This document shows, piece by piece, positions 18,511 to 28,648 of a DNA stretch of 64,000 nt. The notes beneath the pieces were generated by a model that worked only from the letters and a program-made list of their open reading frames with translations, was not told the DNA's origin and ran no database searches. The stretch lies in IMG/VR virus record IMGVR_UViG_3300029023_000077; one strand, written 5' to 3'. A program made the translations under genes and the position numbers. The DNA is from a virus. Within the stretch, counting starts at the first letter, position 1. Every line of letters starts with the position of its first letter.

Positions 18511-19665
18511 ATGAGAAATGAGATTCGTGGTATTGCGGTCGATAATGGTGGTAGTGAAGTAAGAGTGATGGATGGTATGAATCCTGTATTAGAAGACATG
18601 ATCAAGCTGAAGAATGATTTTGTCTCTATCAAGGAGAAGGATTTCAGGGTAAAAGAGGTTGCTGAACCTGCAAAGCTTTGTAGGGTATTGGAAGCGCCTA
18701 ATCCTGATTTCATGGGAATCTTTGCACAAGGTTTGACAGGTAAAGCATATGAAGGTCAGGTTGTGGCTATTTCCAGCCAGAAAGAAAAGACTGCTGACCC
18801 AAATTATTATAAGCAGTTTATATTTGCAGTGGCACAAGATGCATTGAAAGCTTGGATTCAGTCAGGTGGTTACTCTATGTACTCTAACGGTAACTCTGAA
18901 TCACAGCAGCACCCGGACATTGCTGATTCGTACGATTACTGTATTGTGGCTTGCATCCCTATTCAGGAGTTCAGCGGTGCAAAAGATTGTGCAGGATTGT
19001 TAAAAAATACGTTGCAGGGTCATTATGTTGTAGAGTTTCCATTGTTAGATAAGAAACCTGTGATCTCTTTCAACATTAAAGCTGAGTTTATGGGTGCAGC
19101 ACCTGAAGGTGGTATTGCTGTTAAGGCTCTGAAAGATCAGTTAGAAGAAGATGATATTTCCTTATTGGTTGATATGGGTTGTGTTACAACAGATATTGCA
19201 TTATTTCAAGGTACACATCTCTTAGGTAGGGTGTCATCTGTTAAATTTGCAAGTAGTACATTAGTTGCAAATATTCGTGCTGTATTGGCAGATGAAGGCT
19301 ATTTCGTGTCAGAAGCACAGGCTGAAAATGTACTGATTGCAAAACGTGTTAAGGATGGTCATGAGTCCGTAGATGTTTCTGCCATTGTAGAGGAGCAGAG
19401 CCGTAATTTTGTTCGTAACTACTTACAGAATGAGATAATTGGTATCCTTAATGCAAATCATGTTAATGCAAGACAGGTTCAGAACTTTGTGCCAATAGGT
19501 GCTTCTTTTAATAACCCGGAAAGTAATGCACTTATTTCAGAGATTGTTGCTTGTGCTAATTTACAGAAAGCAAAGCTCTGCATTCTTGCTGACGATTTAC
19601 GTTATGTGAATATCCAGCAGGCTAGTCGTTTTGTCAAGAAGTTTGTTAAGAAAGCAAAGGCGTGA
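18511..19665 (+). CDS. actin-like ATPase (ParM/Alp family)
   Basis: Phosphate-1 GIAVDNGGSEVRV and phosphate-2 LLVDMGCVTTDIALF motifs of actin-fold segregation ATPases. Confidence 0.55.
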   Translation: MRNEIRGIAVDNGGSEVRVMDGMNPVLEDMIKLKNDFVSIKEKDFRVKEVAEPAKLCRVLEAPNPDFMGIFAQGLTGKAYEGQVVAISSQKEKTADPNYYKQFIFAVAQDALKAWIQSGGYSMYSNGNSESQQHPDIADSYDYCIVACIPIQEFSGAKDCAGLLKNTLQGHYVVEFPLLDKKPVISFNIKAEFMGAAPEGGIAVKALKDQLEEDDISLLVDMGCVTTDIALFQGTHLLGRVSSVKFASSTLVANIRAVLADEGYFVSEAQAENVLIAKRVKDGHESVDVSAIVEEQSRNFVRNYLQNEIIGILNANHVNARQVQNFVPIGASFNNPESNALISEIVACANLQKAKLCILADDLRYVNIQQASRFVKKFVKKAKA

Positions 19666-19671
19666 GGTTAA

Positions 19672-20055
19672 GTGCAGGTTTTGATAGATATTCCACGATC
19701 GCTATCAAAGTATATTGAGTATGTACCAGAGGAAGACCTACCTGCTGTAATTTTGCAGGCACTTGAAGACAAGATTAAATCAAATGGTCTTATGCCGCCG
19801 GATACTACTCAAGACAAGTTAGATAGTATTCTGTCTATATTAGGTGATATAAAGAGTGGTGCTCCTGTAGTTGTACAGGAGCATTATTCTTTACCTCAAA
19901 ATACAGAAGTAGTTGAGATACCTGCTGTAGAAGAGAATGTAGTACCACAAAATATTGTAGAGTTCAAACAAACTTCATTCAGCAGTAATAATAATGATGA
20001 TGACGATGAAGATGATGATGATGATGATGATTTGTTTGATGACTTAATAAAATAG
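19672..20055 (+). CDS. small protein with poly-acidic C-terminal tail (possible ParR-like adaptor)
   Basis: GTG start; NNNDDDDEDDDDDDDLFDDLIK tail; lies immediately 3' of the ParM-like gene. Confidence 0.4.
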   Translation: MQVLIDIPRSLSKYIEYVPEEDLPAVILQALEDKIKSNGLMPPDTTQDKLDSILSILGDIKSGAPVVVQEHYSLPQNTEVVEIPAVEENVVPQNIVEFKQTSFSSNNNDDDDEDDDDDDDLFDDLIK

Positions 20056-20068
20056 GAGATTAGTAGTT

Positions 20069-20689
20069 ATGGATATTATACCTCAAATACTGACTGAAGA
20101 TATGGCTAGTGCAATGACAAACTATCATTTGGAGCTACTAACAAAATGTACGACAGATAGGGTTATGGATTTTGTATTGAGATATTTAGAAAGTCCAGAT
20201 GCAGATCCTACCATTAAGCAACGGCTTAGTACTGCTTATGATTATATCATAAAGCGTAATGAATACCTTAACTCTGAAGAGACAAAGCAGAAGAGTGAGC
20301 TTTTACTGAATACTACCTATAACTCAGTGTCAGTTGCATTGACAGTCAAGCAGCTTCGGGATATTCAGGAAGCGATAGACTATATAACGAAAAGCGAATA
20401 CGCAGTCCCTTATATATCGACTGTGGGAAGTTCTGAGCTCGCTGAGTTACGGCAGGAATTGAAAGAATATACTAAAGATAATGGAAACTATCAGCTGAAA
20501 GTGTTGTTGAACAATTTGCAAAAGTATGGCGATCTATTCAGGGATGGTAGAGATTCTCAGAATAAGGGAACAGTTGTGAAGAAAGTTGTTCGTAACATGA
20601 CAACGTATGAAATCATTTCAAGAGGTATTGATTTCATTATTGGCGTAAAAGAAAGTGGCAAAACTTACCAGTCTTGGAGGTTTTTATAA
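20069..20689 (+). CDS. hypothetical protein
   Basis: 206-aa ORF. Confidence 0.5.
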   Translation: MDIIPQILTEDMASAMTNYHLELLTKCTTDRVMDFVLRYLESPDADPTIKQRLSTAYDYIIKRNEYLNSEETKQKSELLLNTTYNSVSVALTVKQLRDIQEAIDYITKSEYAVPYISTVGSSELAELRQELKEYTKDNGNYQLKVLLNNLQKYGDLFRDGRDSQNKGTVVKKVVRNMTTYEIISRGIDFIIGVKESGKTYQSWRFL

Positions 20690-21666
20690 TGAATTTACAT
20701 TTGTTCGATACATCCGAGTATATCTATAGTGGGTCTAGGAATTTGTGGATTCTGCGTGGTGGTATGCAAACTGATTCAGGTTATGTTGATGCATCACTGC
20801 CATGCGGAAGTTTGGCGTATGTCCTAAACACGTTTGAAGAATGGGGTGGAGAGAATGAAGTTCTTGTTCATTGCATAGACAGCCTACCCACCTACAAAAG
20901 AGCTTTACATGAGAAATACTTTTCTGGAGGGTACAAAGGTAACAGATCTACACCAACGCCTGAGATTACTGTTCAGAAAAAGATGGTACCAGAGATGCTT
21001 GAAATGATTGGTGCTAATACTGTGACAGCTCCTGGCTATGAAGCTGATGATATTATTGCATCTATTGTTAAGTATTATCATGATGATTTTGAAAAGATAT
21101 ATATTCATGCTGCTGATAGTGACTTGTTCTACCTTGTTGATGAAAAGGTTGAAATATTGCCGCTAGCAGGTGGGTTCGATTCTTTGCAAAAAAATTATTC
21201 AAACAACAAAAAAATTTCACCAGGCAGACATATATATTTGGAGAATTGGAAAAGTGTTGTAAGAAAAGGAAAAACTTGTCCTAGAAATGTTTTAACACTT
21301 TTTAAAATTTTAGATGGCGAACGTGGCGACAACGTACCCGCTGTATCTTATGAGATGGGCATGAAGATTGTTGACAGTATTCCGCATTCAGAGTACCCCT
21401 TATGTGGAGATAATGAATATCTCAGGGAGAAGATAAAGATTGCTGTAAACAATGATGAAATGGTAATGGCTGTTACTGATTTAATAATGCCAGTTATTCT
21501 GCCATTTAAAGATGTTGAAATTTTTGAATCTGATTTGGATATGACAAAATTCATGAATATGGCAGCTCTTTGTAAATGCAAATATGCACATTCGTGGAAA
21601 TATACAGCCAATGAAGAATGTGAGGCATTTATTAATAAGTATTTGCAAATTTATCTTAATGATTAG
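20689..21666 (+). CDS. FEN-family 5'-3' exonuclease / flap endonuclease
   Basis: GYEADDIIASIV and HAADSDLFYLV match Pol I 5'-nuclease/T5 exonuclease motifs; ATG 20689 with GGAGG 8 nt upstream. Confidence 0.65.
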   Translation: MNLHLFDTSEYIYSGSRNLWILRGGMQTDSGYVDASLPCGSLAYVLNTFEEWGGENEVLVHCIDSLPTYKRALHEKYFSGGYKGNRSTPTPEITVQKKMVPEMLEMIGANTVTAPGYEADDIIASIVKYYHDDFEKIYIHAADSDLFYLVDEKVEILPLAGGFDSLQKNYSNNKKISPGRHIYLENWKSVVRKGKTCPRNVLTLFKILDGERGDNVPAVSYEMGMKIVDSIPHSEYPLCGDNEYLREKIKIAVNNDEMVMAVTDLIMPVILPFKDVEIFESDLDMTKFMNMAALCKCKYAHSWKYTANEECEAFINKYLQIYLND

Positions 21667-21680
21667 GGAGGTGTTAATTT

Positions 21681-22094
21681 ATGAGTCGTATGGATAATCT
21701 GAGAAACCGTTCAAAGCTTTCTCAGGAAATTTATGACAAAAAGGTACAGCGTGCTTATTCCGCTGTAAAAGACTATATGAACAGTGAAACGTCTATGTTG
21801 ACTATTGCAAGGCGTGTTGCTGATACAGATTCAGGCAACTCTGCAGATATTGCTAAGTTTTCGCAGGAGATTGCTACATGTGTTACAGATGCAGTGCTTG
21901 ACCCTGTACAGGAATTTAGAGATGTATGTAATCTGCGTGGTTATACTGAAAAAGAGATTGAAAGTATTGTGCAGAATTATTCAAGACTGTTCCAGCTTGC
22001 TGTTGATGGGACGCTTGAAGAGAAAACTAAGGCAGTTGCAGAATACTTACAATATAACAGACCTTTGTATGAAGACTTGGAATGCTACAAATAG
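21681..22094 (+). CDS. hypothetical protein
   Basis: 137-aa ORF with RBS GGGAGGTG. Confidence 0.5.
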   Translation: MSRMDNLRNRSKLSQEIYDKKVQRAYSAVKDYMNSETSMLTIARRVADTDSGNSADIAKFSQEIATCVTDAVLDPVQEFRDVCNLRGYTEKEIESIVQNYSRLFQLAVDGTLEEKTKAVAEYLQYNRPLYEDLECYK

Positions 22095-22180
22095 CAGTTT
22101 TGTGCAAGAAAAGTAGATTATTTTAAAAATAATTTATGTATTTTGCCATATTAAAGTGTAAAGGAAATGAGGAAAAGGAA

Positions 22181-22726
22181 ATGCAAAAATACGAAATTAT
22201 TCCTGATGCACAACATTTGTTATGTATCTTTGCTAAAGACAGCGCAGTGAATGCCTTTCGGTTTCAAGATTGCATTAGCCTATGCATAGCTTATTCCGAA
22301 TACGTGCAATTTGTAAAGTTCTGTTTGAAAGCAAATTTGCAAGTCCTGCATTTTAAATCTGATGTGTATATGAATGCTTTGACCAAAGAACAGGTATTAA
22401 AGCGGCTATATCTTTTAGATTTGGCAGATGTTGTATTATTCGAGGTATTTCTTAGTTGCCAAGCGCAGAAACCCTGTACAAATATACGTCATTCTTTTGA
22501 TAGTAATGTTTCGTCTATTATTACAATGGATGAGTGCATAGACTTGTTCAATAAGCTTGATGGTAGCTGTAGGGAAAAGGGGTTGAATTTGCTGCAAAAG
22601 GAGACACCTGCAGATTTTGACTATAGTCAATTAGTCGGTAACGCTAAGATAAATTATTACTACGGTCTTACATTGCTTGCACTATCTTTTAAAACAGATT
22701 TAAAAGAGTTTAATATTGGAGGTTAG
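22181..22726 (+). CDS. hypothetical protein
   Basis: ORF from 22136; internal ATG 22181 has RBS GGAAAAGGAA. Confidence 0.45.
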   Translation: MQKYEIIPDAQHLLCIFAKDSAVNAFRFQDCISLCIAYSEYVQFVKFCLKANLQVLHFKSDVYMNALTKEQVLKRLYLLDLADVVLFEVFLSCQAQKPCTNIRHSFDSNVSSIITMDECIDLFNKLDGSCREKGLNLLQKETPADFDYSQLVGNAKINYYYGLTLLALSFKTDLKEFNIGG

Positions 22727-22727
22727 G

Positions 22728-24290
22728 ATGATGAAAATCACATTCAGTAAATCTACGCTGTCGAGCATGAAAAGTGCGTATAAACGTATCTTTGGTTTGA
22801 CAGATAAGGATTTAGCAGATCCTGAGCATAAAAAGATTATGGAATCAGCTCTCGAATCTGTTTGGAAATATTCTGGTAATTTTGAGGGGGAGCCTGATAC
22901 TCTAGCAGATAAGCGTAGAGCACTTACTTCTCCAAGTAAAGGAAACGTTGTGGATTTAGCGGCACATTTCAAGAACATGTACCCAGGCAAATATTCCAAG
23001 CTATCTAATTGGGATATTATCTACACAATATTTGCAAGAATGAACTCGTCAGAGCAAGATGAGACAGACGAGCCGGTTATGAATGAGGTAGAAGAAACTA
23101 CAGCCGAGCAGTCTCAGTTAGCGGAGAACGATTCAGATACAAAAAACACTGAGATAACAGTACAAAATGAAAAGGAGATCAAAACCATGAAAAACATCGA
23201 GAACGAAAGAGCAACAGAACAGCCAAGAATCGATATCAACGCATTACGTAGCGCAGGTGCTCCTGCTGGTGCAAATGTTAAGTCTACCGTAAACATGCAG
23301 CAGGCTGCTAGAGACGAAGTGAATGATACACGTGCTAGTCGTCAGGCAAACACTGATGGTAGCACAGTTACAAGAATTATTCTTAGCTCTAGACCACAGA
23401 AAGAGCGTCTGGAGAATGGCGAGGCTACAAAGGGTCATATCGCAAAGGATTCTATTAAGAAGATCAGAGACAGGTTCGTTGAAAATACAGGCTACAATGA
23501 GGCTGATGGCACATTCAGTAAGCTTGTAGCTGGTCAGGAAGAAAATGCACGCGCTATGCTTGATGCTATTGCAGCTGCAGAGGCTGATCCTGACTATGAA
23601 TTCGATATTAATCCTTCCAAGTCTGTAGGTTCTATCAAGGGTCTTGAAATCAAGAAGCCGGATGGTACAGTTGAACTTCAGAAGAAAGAGGAAACAATTA
23701 ACTTCCTCATCAATCAGACTGCTGGTTACATTAAGGCAGTAACAGCTGGTGCGCTTGCAAGAGTTAAAGTAGCTTCTGCATTCCGTACAAGCAAGAAGAA
23801 GAAAGCTTCTGAGAAGCTTGTAAATATCAGCGAAGTACAGAGCGTAGGCGAAATCGCTATTCTGCAGTTAGACAACAAGAAGCTGCTGCTTGAGGATGAG
23901 AGTGCTCATGCTTACTGGCAGAATATCTTACCTGAAATCGAGGAGCAGTCCGGTTGTAAGTCAGATCTTTCTGTTAAGTGCATTAAGAAGGGTAAGGATG
24001 GTAAGGATGCAACTTACACTTACAGATTACCATTAGTAGCAAGAATGCATAAGCAGGATGTTACTGATGCAGATCTTGATGCTAAGTTCGGTAAGCCAAA
24101 CAGAGTTGGTAGAACTTTTGATATCACAAACAAGGAAGATATGGCTAAGCATGAGGCAGATTTCATTTCCATGATCGCTTTGCTTGCTGAGTCTGGTATT
24201 GCTAACAACGATCTGGCTAAAGCTGTAAGATCTACAGCTTCTGCTAACGAAACAGCAGACAATGAGAAGGTTGCTGCAGACTTCCAGTAA
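22728..24290 (+). CDS. hypothetical protein, charged and low-complexity
   Basis: ORF from TTG 22716; ATG 22728 is 5 nt after GGAGG; followed by a long structured non-coding region. Confidence 0.55.
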   Translation: MMKITFSKSTLSSMKSAYKRIFGLTDKDLADPEHKKIMESALESVWKYSGNFEGEPDTLADKRRALTSPSKGNVVDLAAHFKNMYPGKYSKLSNWDIIYTIFARMNSSEQDETDEPVMNEVEETTAEQSQLAENDSDTKNTEITVQNEKEIKTMKNIENERATEQPRIDINALRSAGAPAGANVKSTVNMQQAARDEVNDTRASRQANTDGSTVTRIILSSRPQKERLENGEATKGHIAKDSIKKIRDRFVENTGYNEADGTFSKLVAGQEENARAMLDAIAAAEADPDYEFDINPSKSVGSIKGLEIKKPDGTVELQKKEETINFLINQTAGYIKAVTAGALARVKVASAFRTSKKKKASEKLVNISEVQSVGEIAILQLDNKKLLLEDESAHAYWQNILPEIEEQSGCKSDLSVKCIKKGKDGKDATYTYRLPLVARMHKQDVTDADLDAKFGKPNRVGRTFDITNKEDMAKHEADFISMIALLAESGIANNDLAKAVRSTASANETADNEKVAADFQ

Positions 24291-24372
24291 AATCAGGGTA
24301 GGGGTGCTTAACCGGCGCCCCACCAGTGTATGTTTTTAGAATTGTGTAAAAGGTAGGATTTTCCTATGGGTG

Positions 24373-24406
24373 CAAGGCACCATATCATACTAGATATGGT
24401 GCCTTG
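24373..24406 (+). terminator. 13-bp perfect hairpin inside the structured intergenic region
   Basis: CAAGGCACCATAT-catactag-ATATGGTGCCTTG followed by TTATAAAG. Confidence 0.45.
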
Positions 24407-24635
24407 TTATAAAGTGGCGTGAGCTGCTATATTGTAAGTTCGCTTGCAATAGCTTATTTACAATATTTATTTCGCTGAAGAAGCAGTCTCACAAAGTACA
24501 AATGTACGCACGCCACCCTGGAGACTGCCATATGCAGATTAAGGTCTGCATAGCACAATAATCACTCAGGGCTTAACTCGCTAAGCCCTACAACAGTAGT
24601 TCGCTGCTGTTGGCATAGAAACTGTTATCCAGATA

Positions 24636-25295
24636 TTGATAAAAGCAAGCACGCATGGTCGTGCTTGCTTGTGGTTTAGGTATATGAAAAATGAATATGT
24701 TTTAGTAAGGGACAATGTGATAGGTTATGGTATTGATGCGGAGTCCCGTGAAGAGGACTGGCTGATTAATAAGTTAGGCATGGAAGAAGAACTTCCATGG
24801 AAATATCGTAAAGAATTGATGGACTTCAGCCCATGGTTTCCTAACAAGCAGATGCTGCATATATCAGGTGTTGGCTGTTTAAAATACTCTAAGCAAACTT
24901 TGGTAAATACAGCAAATAATCAATCAGTAGAAGTTGCCAAGTGTGGTAAGAGTATTTACTACTATTTAATGAGAACTATCGGTATGCAGTTGGCTTATAA
25001 AGATATTAGAGTGACTTTAAGACCATATATAGAATCATTTTTTACGAACATATCAGTCGAATTTAATAGGTTAGTTGATTATGACACGATAATGGTTATG
25101 AATGACACTGACCTAGCTTATGGTACAAGGTATGATTTTGAATCATATTCAATATTCATGAGTGGCTCTATGTTAGGATTAAAGCCATTATTAGCAAAAC
25201 AATGGTACATACTTACTAATAGCTCTAATTGGGAATTTGATATCTGTTACTTAGCATACAGAGTAGGTATTGATGTCAAGGAGGTTATTTTATGA
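24636..25295 (+). CDS. hypothetical protein
   Basis: 219-aa ORF; true start may be ATG 24681. Confidence 0.45.
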   Translation: MIKASTHGRACLWFRYMKNEYVLVRDNVIGYGIDAESREEDWLINKLGMEEELPWKYRKELMDFSPWFPNKQMLHISGVGCLKYSKQTLVNTANNQSVEVAKCGKSIYYYLMRTIGMQLAYKDIRVTLRPYIESFFTNISVEFNRLVDYDTIMVMNDTDLAYGTRYDFESYSIFMSGSMLGLKPLLAKQWYILTNSSNWEFDICYLAYRVGIDVKEVIL

Positions 25296-25516
25296 TTATA
25301 CCAAATTTTAAAGCTGTATCAGATCCTGTTGTCTTAGCTCTAATAGCTGATTTGAATTGTATTGCAAGCAACATAGGTACTAATGGTATTTCAGAGTTTG
25401 ACAAAGGAAAGCTTGCGGCGTATGTAACTGTACTTTCGGCAGACGGGTTGTCAAATGAGTTTATAAAACAAATGTTTATTATGATTAACCCTAAATTAGA
25501 AGAAGTGGAGATATAA
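25292..25516 (+). CDS. hypothetical small protein
   Basis: 74-aa ORF, coupled start. Confidence 0.4.
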   Translation: MIIPNFKAVSDPVVLALIADLNCIASNIGTNGISEFDKGKLAAYVTVLSADGLSNEFIKQMFIMINPKLEEVEI

Positions 25517-25518
25517 AT

Positions 25519-25971
25519 ATGTTAAAGAATAGAATAGAATTAGTTCCAGAGCAAATAAATACAGTAGAAGATCTTATTAAAGTCTTAATGAAGGTTCCAG
25601 CTAAGTATAAGCTCAATGCGAATGAACAGCCTATTCAGATTTGTGTGGATCATGATTATGAGTGTGTCTATATGGGAGCATTTATGGAGATAGTTGATTA
25701 CGTGGATGATGTTGAAAAGGAGTTGGCGAAAACCGGGCAGGCATCTAAGATTAGTGTGCCAGATGAGAAACTGCAGACATTCCAGCAGGAACTGCATGCA
25801 GTTATGGGATATGCAGATGCTAACGAAAATGGAAGTTATGAAACTCAGCTGTATGGTGTATTTAGTAAAAAAGAAATTGCCGAGGAATGTGGTGATGAGC
25901 TCGTAGAGTGTGGTAATATTCATCACTATGAAATTGAGTGTCCCATGCTTGATGAGTTTGGATGGAAGTAG
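25519..25971 (+). CDS. hypothetical acidic protein
   Basis: 150-aa ORF. Confidence 0.5.
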   Translation: MLKNRIELVPEQINTVEDLIKVLMKVPAKYKLNANEQPIQICVDHDYECVYMGAFMEIVDYVDDVEKELAKTGQASKISVPDEKLQTFQQELHAVMGYADANENGSYETQLYGVFSKKEIAEECGDELVECGNIHHYEIECPMLDEFGWK

Positions 25972-25984
25972 AGGTGCTTAAATA

Positions 25985-27157
25985 ATGGTGGGTAAGATTG
26001 ATTCTTTTGATAAGGTAATTGGGCACAAGTCTTTAATTACGTACATACAGCATTGGATCGACACAGACACGACGCCTAATGTTCTGTTGTTTCATGGTAA
26101 TCCAGGTCTTGGTAAATCGTCTATTGCAAAATTGTTGGCGATTGCTCTTACAACAGATGAAAGTACGCGGAAGGATGCTGTAGAGAATGTAATTTACAAT
26201 AATAGGTCTACTGGAAGTATAAAACTATTCAGCATGTCAAAGATTCAGGACAAAGAAGAGGAGATTAAGAAAGTTTCTGGGGAACTACAGATGAACTTTG
26301 TTAATACAAAGCATAAGGTTCTAATTCTGGATGAAGCACATGAGATGTCAAAGGCAGCACAGGATTCTATTCTTGTTGAATTGGAACATCTACCTGAAGG
26401 ACTGCACGTTTTTATTTGTACAACAGAGATTAATGCATTTCGACCGGCTCTAGTTTCTCGTTGTAAGGTGCTTGAATTACATCCGTTATCTGAAAACGAA
26501 GCAAGACAGTTGTTTAACCGTGAAGTAAAAGAAAGGGATCTTACATTTGAGCTTCAGCAGGGGCTGGCTTCAACGCTTATCTGTGGATGGGCGGAAAACC
26601 AGCCACGTAAGATAATTAATCTGTTGGACAATTTTGAGAATCATGCATTAGTAAAGACAAGGGAGTTGGAAGTATTCATTAACACTGTCAACTCATCTTC
26701 AGTTATAGAGCTTGTTAAGTATCTCTATGGATCAATGCCATTAGGTATTGAATACATTCAATCCATCAAGCTGGATAATACTTTTGTGATGATGCTTATT
26801 GAGGTAACAAAGGTTGCAATGGGTGTGCCATCAAACAGACTTAGCCTACCTGATGTACAGTATATACAGGCTTTTATGCAGGATAAAGATATTAATAAAC
26901 TCTTGCAGTTTGTCATTGAGGTATCTGGGCTTAGTACATTATATAAGCGTCGTGTTATCTCTGCCTTTATGAGAGCACATGTAGATTTCAAGAGAGCAGT
27001 CCCAATAAATGAAGTCCATACAAGTGCAGGTGCGGATATACAGGCAGTAGCAGACAATATTGAAGATAAAAGTGCTATGATACAGCGACAGGAAGGTGTA
27101 CAAGGCGTTACACCTGTTGACATGCTATTTGATCAGCTTAGCACAGTGGAGGTGTAA
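25985..27157 (+). CDS. AAA+ clamp-loader subunit (RFC / Pol III gamma-tau / gp44-like)
   Basis: Walker A GNPGLGKSS, Walker B LILDEAHEM, sensor-1 ICTTE, SRC motif ALVSRCKVLEL. Confidence 0.7.
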   Translation: MVGKIDSFDKVIGHKSLITYIQHWIDTDTTPNVLLFHGNPGLGKSSIAKLLAIALTTDESTRKDAVENVIYNNRSTGSIKLFSMSKIQDKEEEIKKVSGELQMNFVNTKHKVLILDEAHEMSKAAQDSILVELEHLPEGLHVFICTTEINAFRPALVSRCKVLELHPLSENEARQLFNREVKERDLTFELQQGLASTLICGWAENQPRKIINLLDNFENHALVKTRELEVFINTVNSSSVIELVKYLYGSMPLGIEYIQSIKLDNTFVMMLIEVTKVAMGVPSNRLSLPDVQYIQAFMQDKDINKLLQFVIEVSGLSTLYKRRVISAFMRAHVDFKRAVPINEVHTSAGADIQAVADNIEDKSAMIQRQEGVQGVTPVDMLFDQLSTVEV

Positions 27158-27161
27158 ATAG

Positions 27162-27524
27162 ATGATATATACAAGCTATTACAAAAATGTTGCAGATGTC
27201 GGTCCTGCCTATACGTTGATACAAGTATCTAACTCAAAACCTAAATGGTTTCCTTGGGGTGTATGGCCTTTGCCAGAAGTGTATCCTGATTTTGAGAATG
27301 TTAAGGCTTTGAAAGATGGGGTAATGTCAGAAGATCGCTTTTCTCAGTTATATAGAGAGAAACTAGCTAAGTTAGATAGAACTGTCATTCTTAACAAGAT
27401 TAATGAGATTGTATCTTTGGGCGATGATAAGGATGCTATGCTGTTATGCTGGGAAAGCTCTGATAAGTTCTGTCATAGACATATATTAGCAGAGTGGTTA
27501 GGTAATAATATTCAGGAATGGTGA
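27162..27524 (+). CDS. hypothetical protein
   Basis: 120-aa ORF. Confidence 0.45.
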   Translation: MIYTSYYKNVADVGPAYTLIQVSNSKPKWFPWGVWPLPEVYPDFENVKALKDGVMSEDRFSQLYREKLAKLDRTVILNKINEIVSLGDDKDAMLLCWESSDKFCHRHILAEWLGNNIQEW

Positions 27525-27739
27525 GGGATTATATGAGTGAAATCACAGATGCATGGGAGAAAGTTAAAAATAAGTATATTGCAAGATACTATGAGCATTA
27601 CACAAAATACTTAGAAAATCCAAATGATTTGGTGAATAAAGGTGCAATGCTTGAGAATTGTTATGTACTTATTCATGTCTTCGGCTGCTCCGAGAGGTAC
27701 ATACTGGAAATCGAAAGGTGTGGATTTCCAAAGGAGTAG
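27518..27739 (+). CDS. hypothetical small protein
   Basis: 73-aa ORF. Confidence 0.4.
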   Translation: MVRDYMSEITDAWEKVKNKYIARYYEHYTKYLENPNDLVNKGAMLENCYVLIHVFGCSERYILEIERCGFPKE

Positions 27740-27787
27740 TTGAAATAGGATAATGACTATTATATAATAAAAGAGAAGGAACTTAAT

Positions 27788-28640
27788 ATGGCAGTAGATA
27801 TTAATGCAATGAGAAAATCTCAGTCCACAGTAGCTATAGATCTGGTTAATGATAAGTTTACGGAGAAGATGTCGAATATACAGCTATTAGACTATATTGC
27901 ATTGGTTCTTGCACGTAATATGGCATCCAATATTGCTTTTAAGGGTGGTTGGGTATTACGTCAGATTATGGAAGGTCATGCTAGGGCAACAAAGGATGTT
28001 GACCTTTCTGCGGAAACTGAAAAAAAGCTATGATGAAGTGAAAGCTGTTTTAAAGGAAATTGGGCAGTTATTACAAGCCAGAGGAATGATTAATGAATTT
28101 GTGATAAAAGAGGAGATAAAGCCAACACAATCCGGAGGTATCACAATGTATAAGGATGGCTCTATTGTTGCTGGTGTGGATGTTGGTCTGCATAACATAC
28201 ATTATGGCGTTCAGCACTATGAGCTTAATTATGGGTTTGACGCTTTTACGATAGAACGTATGTTGTCTGATAAGATATTGGCTATATTAACACGGAAGCA
28301 TTTTCGAAGAACAAAGGATTTGTATGATGTCTATGCCATTTCTCATGTTTTTGACTTCAGTTCGCAAAAGATAGTGGAATTTATGAGAGAACGAGGTGTG
28401 ACTCCTGAATGGGATAATATACCGTTTAGCGCTGTAGTTTTAGAACAATACGAGATTGCTTGGAATAAATTAAGGGTGCAGGCTATATCGACTGATGTTG
28501 AGGTGGAAAAGCCTTCATTCACGGCTGCTATAAGCACGTTTAATGAAATTGCTTATAAAGTAAAAGAAATATGGTTAGGACAGGACAGCTCTGTGTATGA
28601 GTGGAACCATAATAATTGTGGGTGGTCTGTTTCAGAATAG
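27788..28640 (+). pseudogene. AbiEii/DUF1814-like nucleotidyltransferase split at an A7 homopolymer
   Basis: Part 1 27788-28033 carries NIAFKGGWVLRQIMEGHARATKDVDLS (KGG...R.T.D.D NTase motif). Part 2 is the ORF from 27897 to 28640 in the adjacent frame. Deleting one A at 28020-28026 fuses them into one ~284-aa protein. Confidence 0.5.
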
Positions 28641-28648
28641 GAGAAAGT

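Noticed and set aside
21805-22116. Overlapping alternative-frame plus-strand ORFs (21805-22116, 25694-25906, 32283-32552, 60301-60513)
   Set aside because: They are fully embedded in longer ORFs carrying conserved motifs. They have no RBS and their composition is that of an off-frame.
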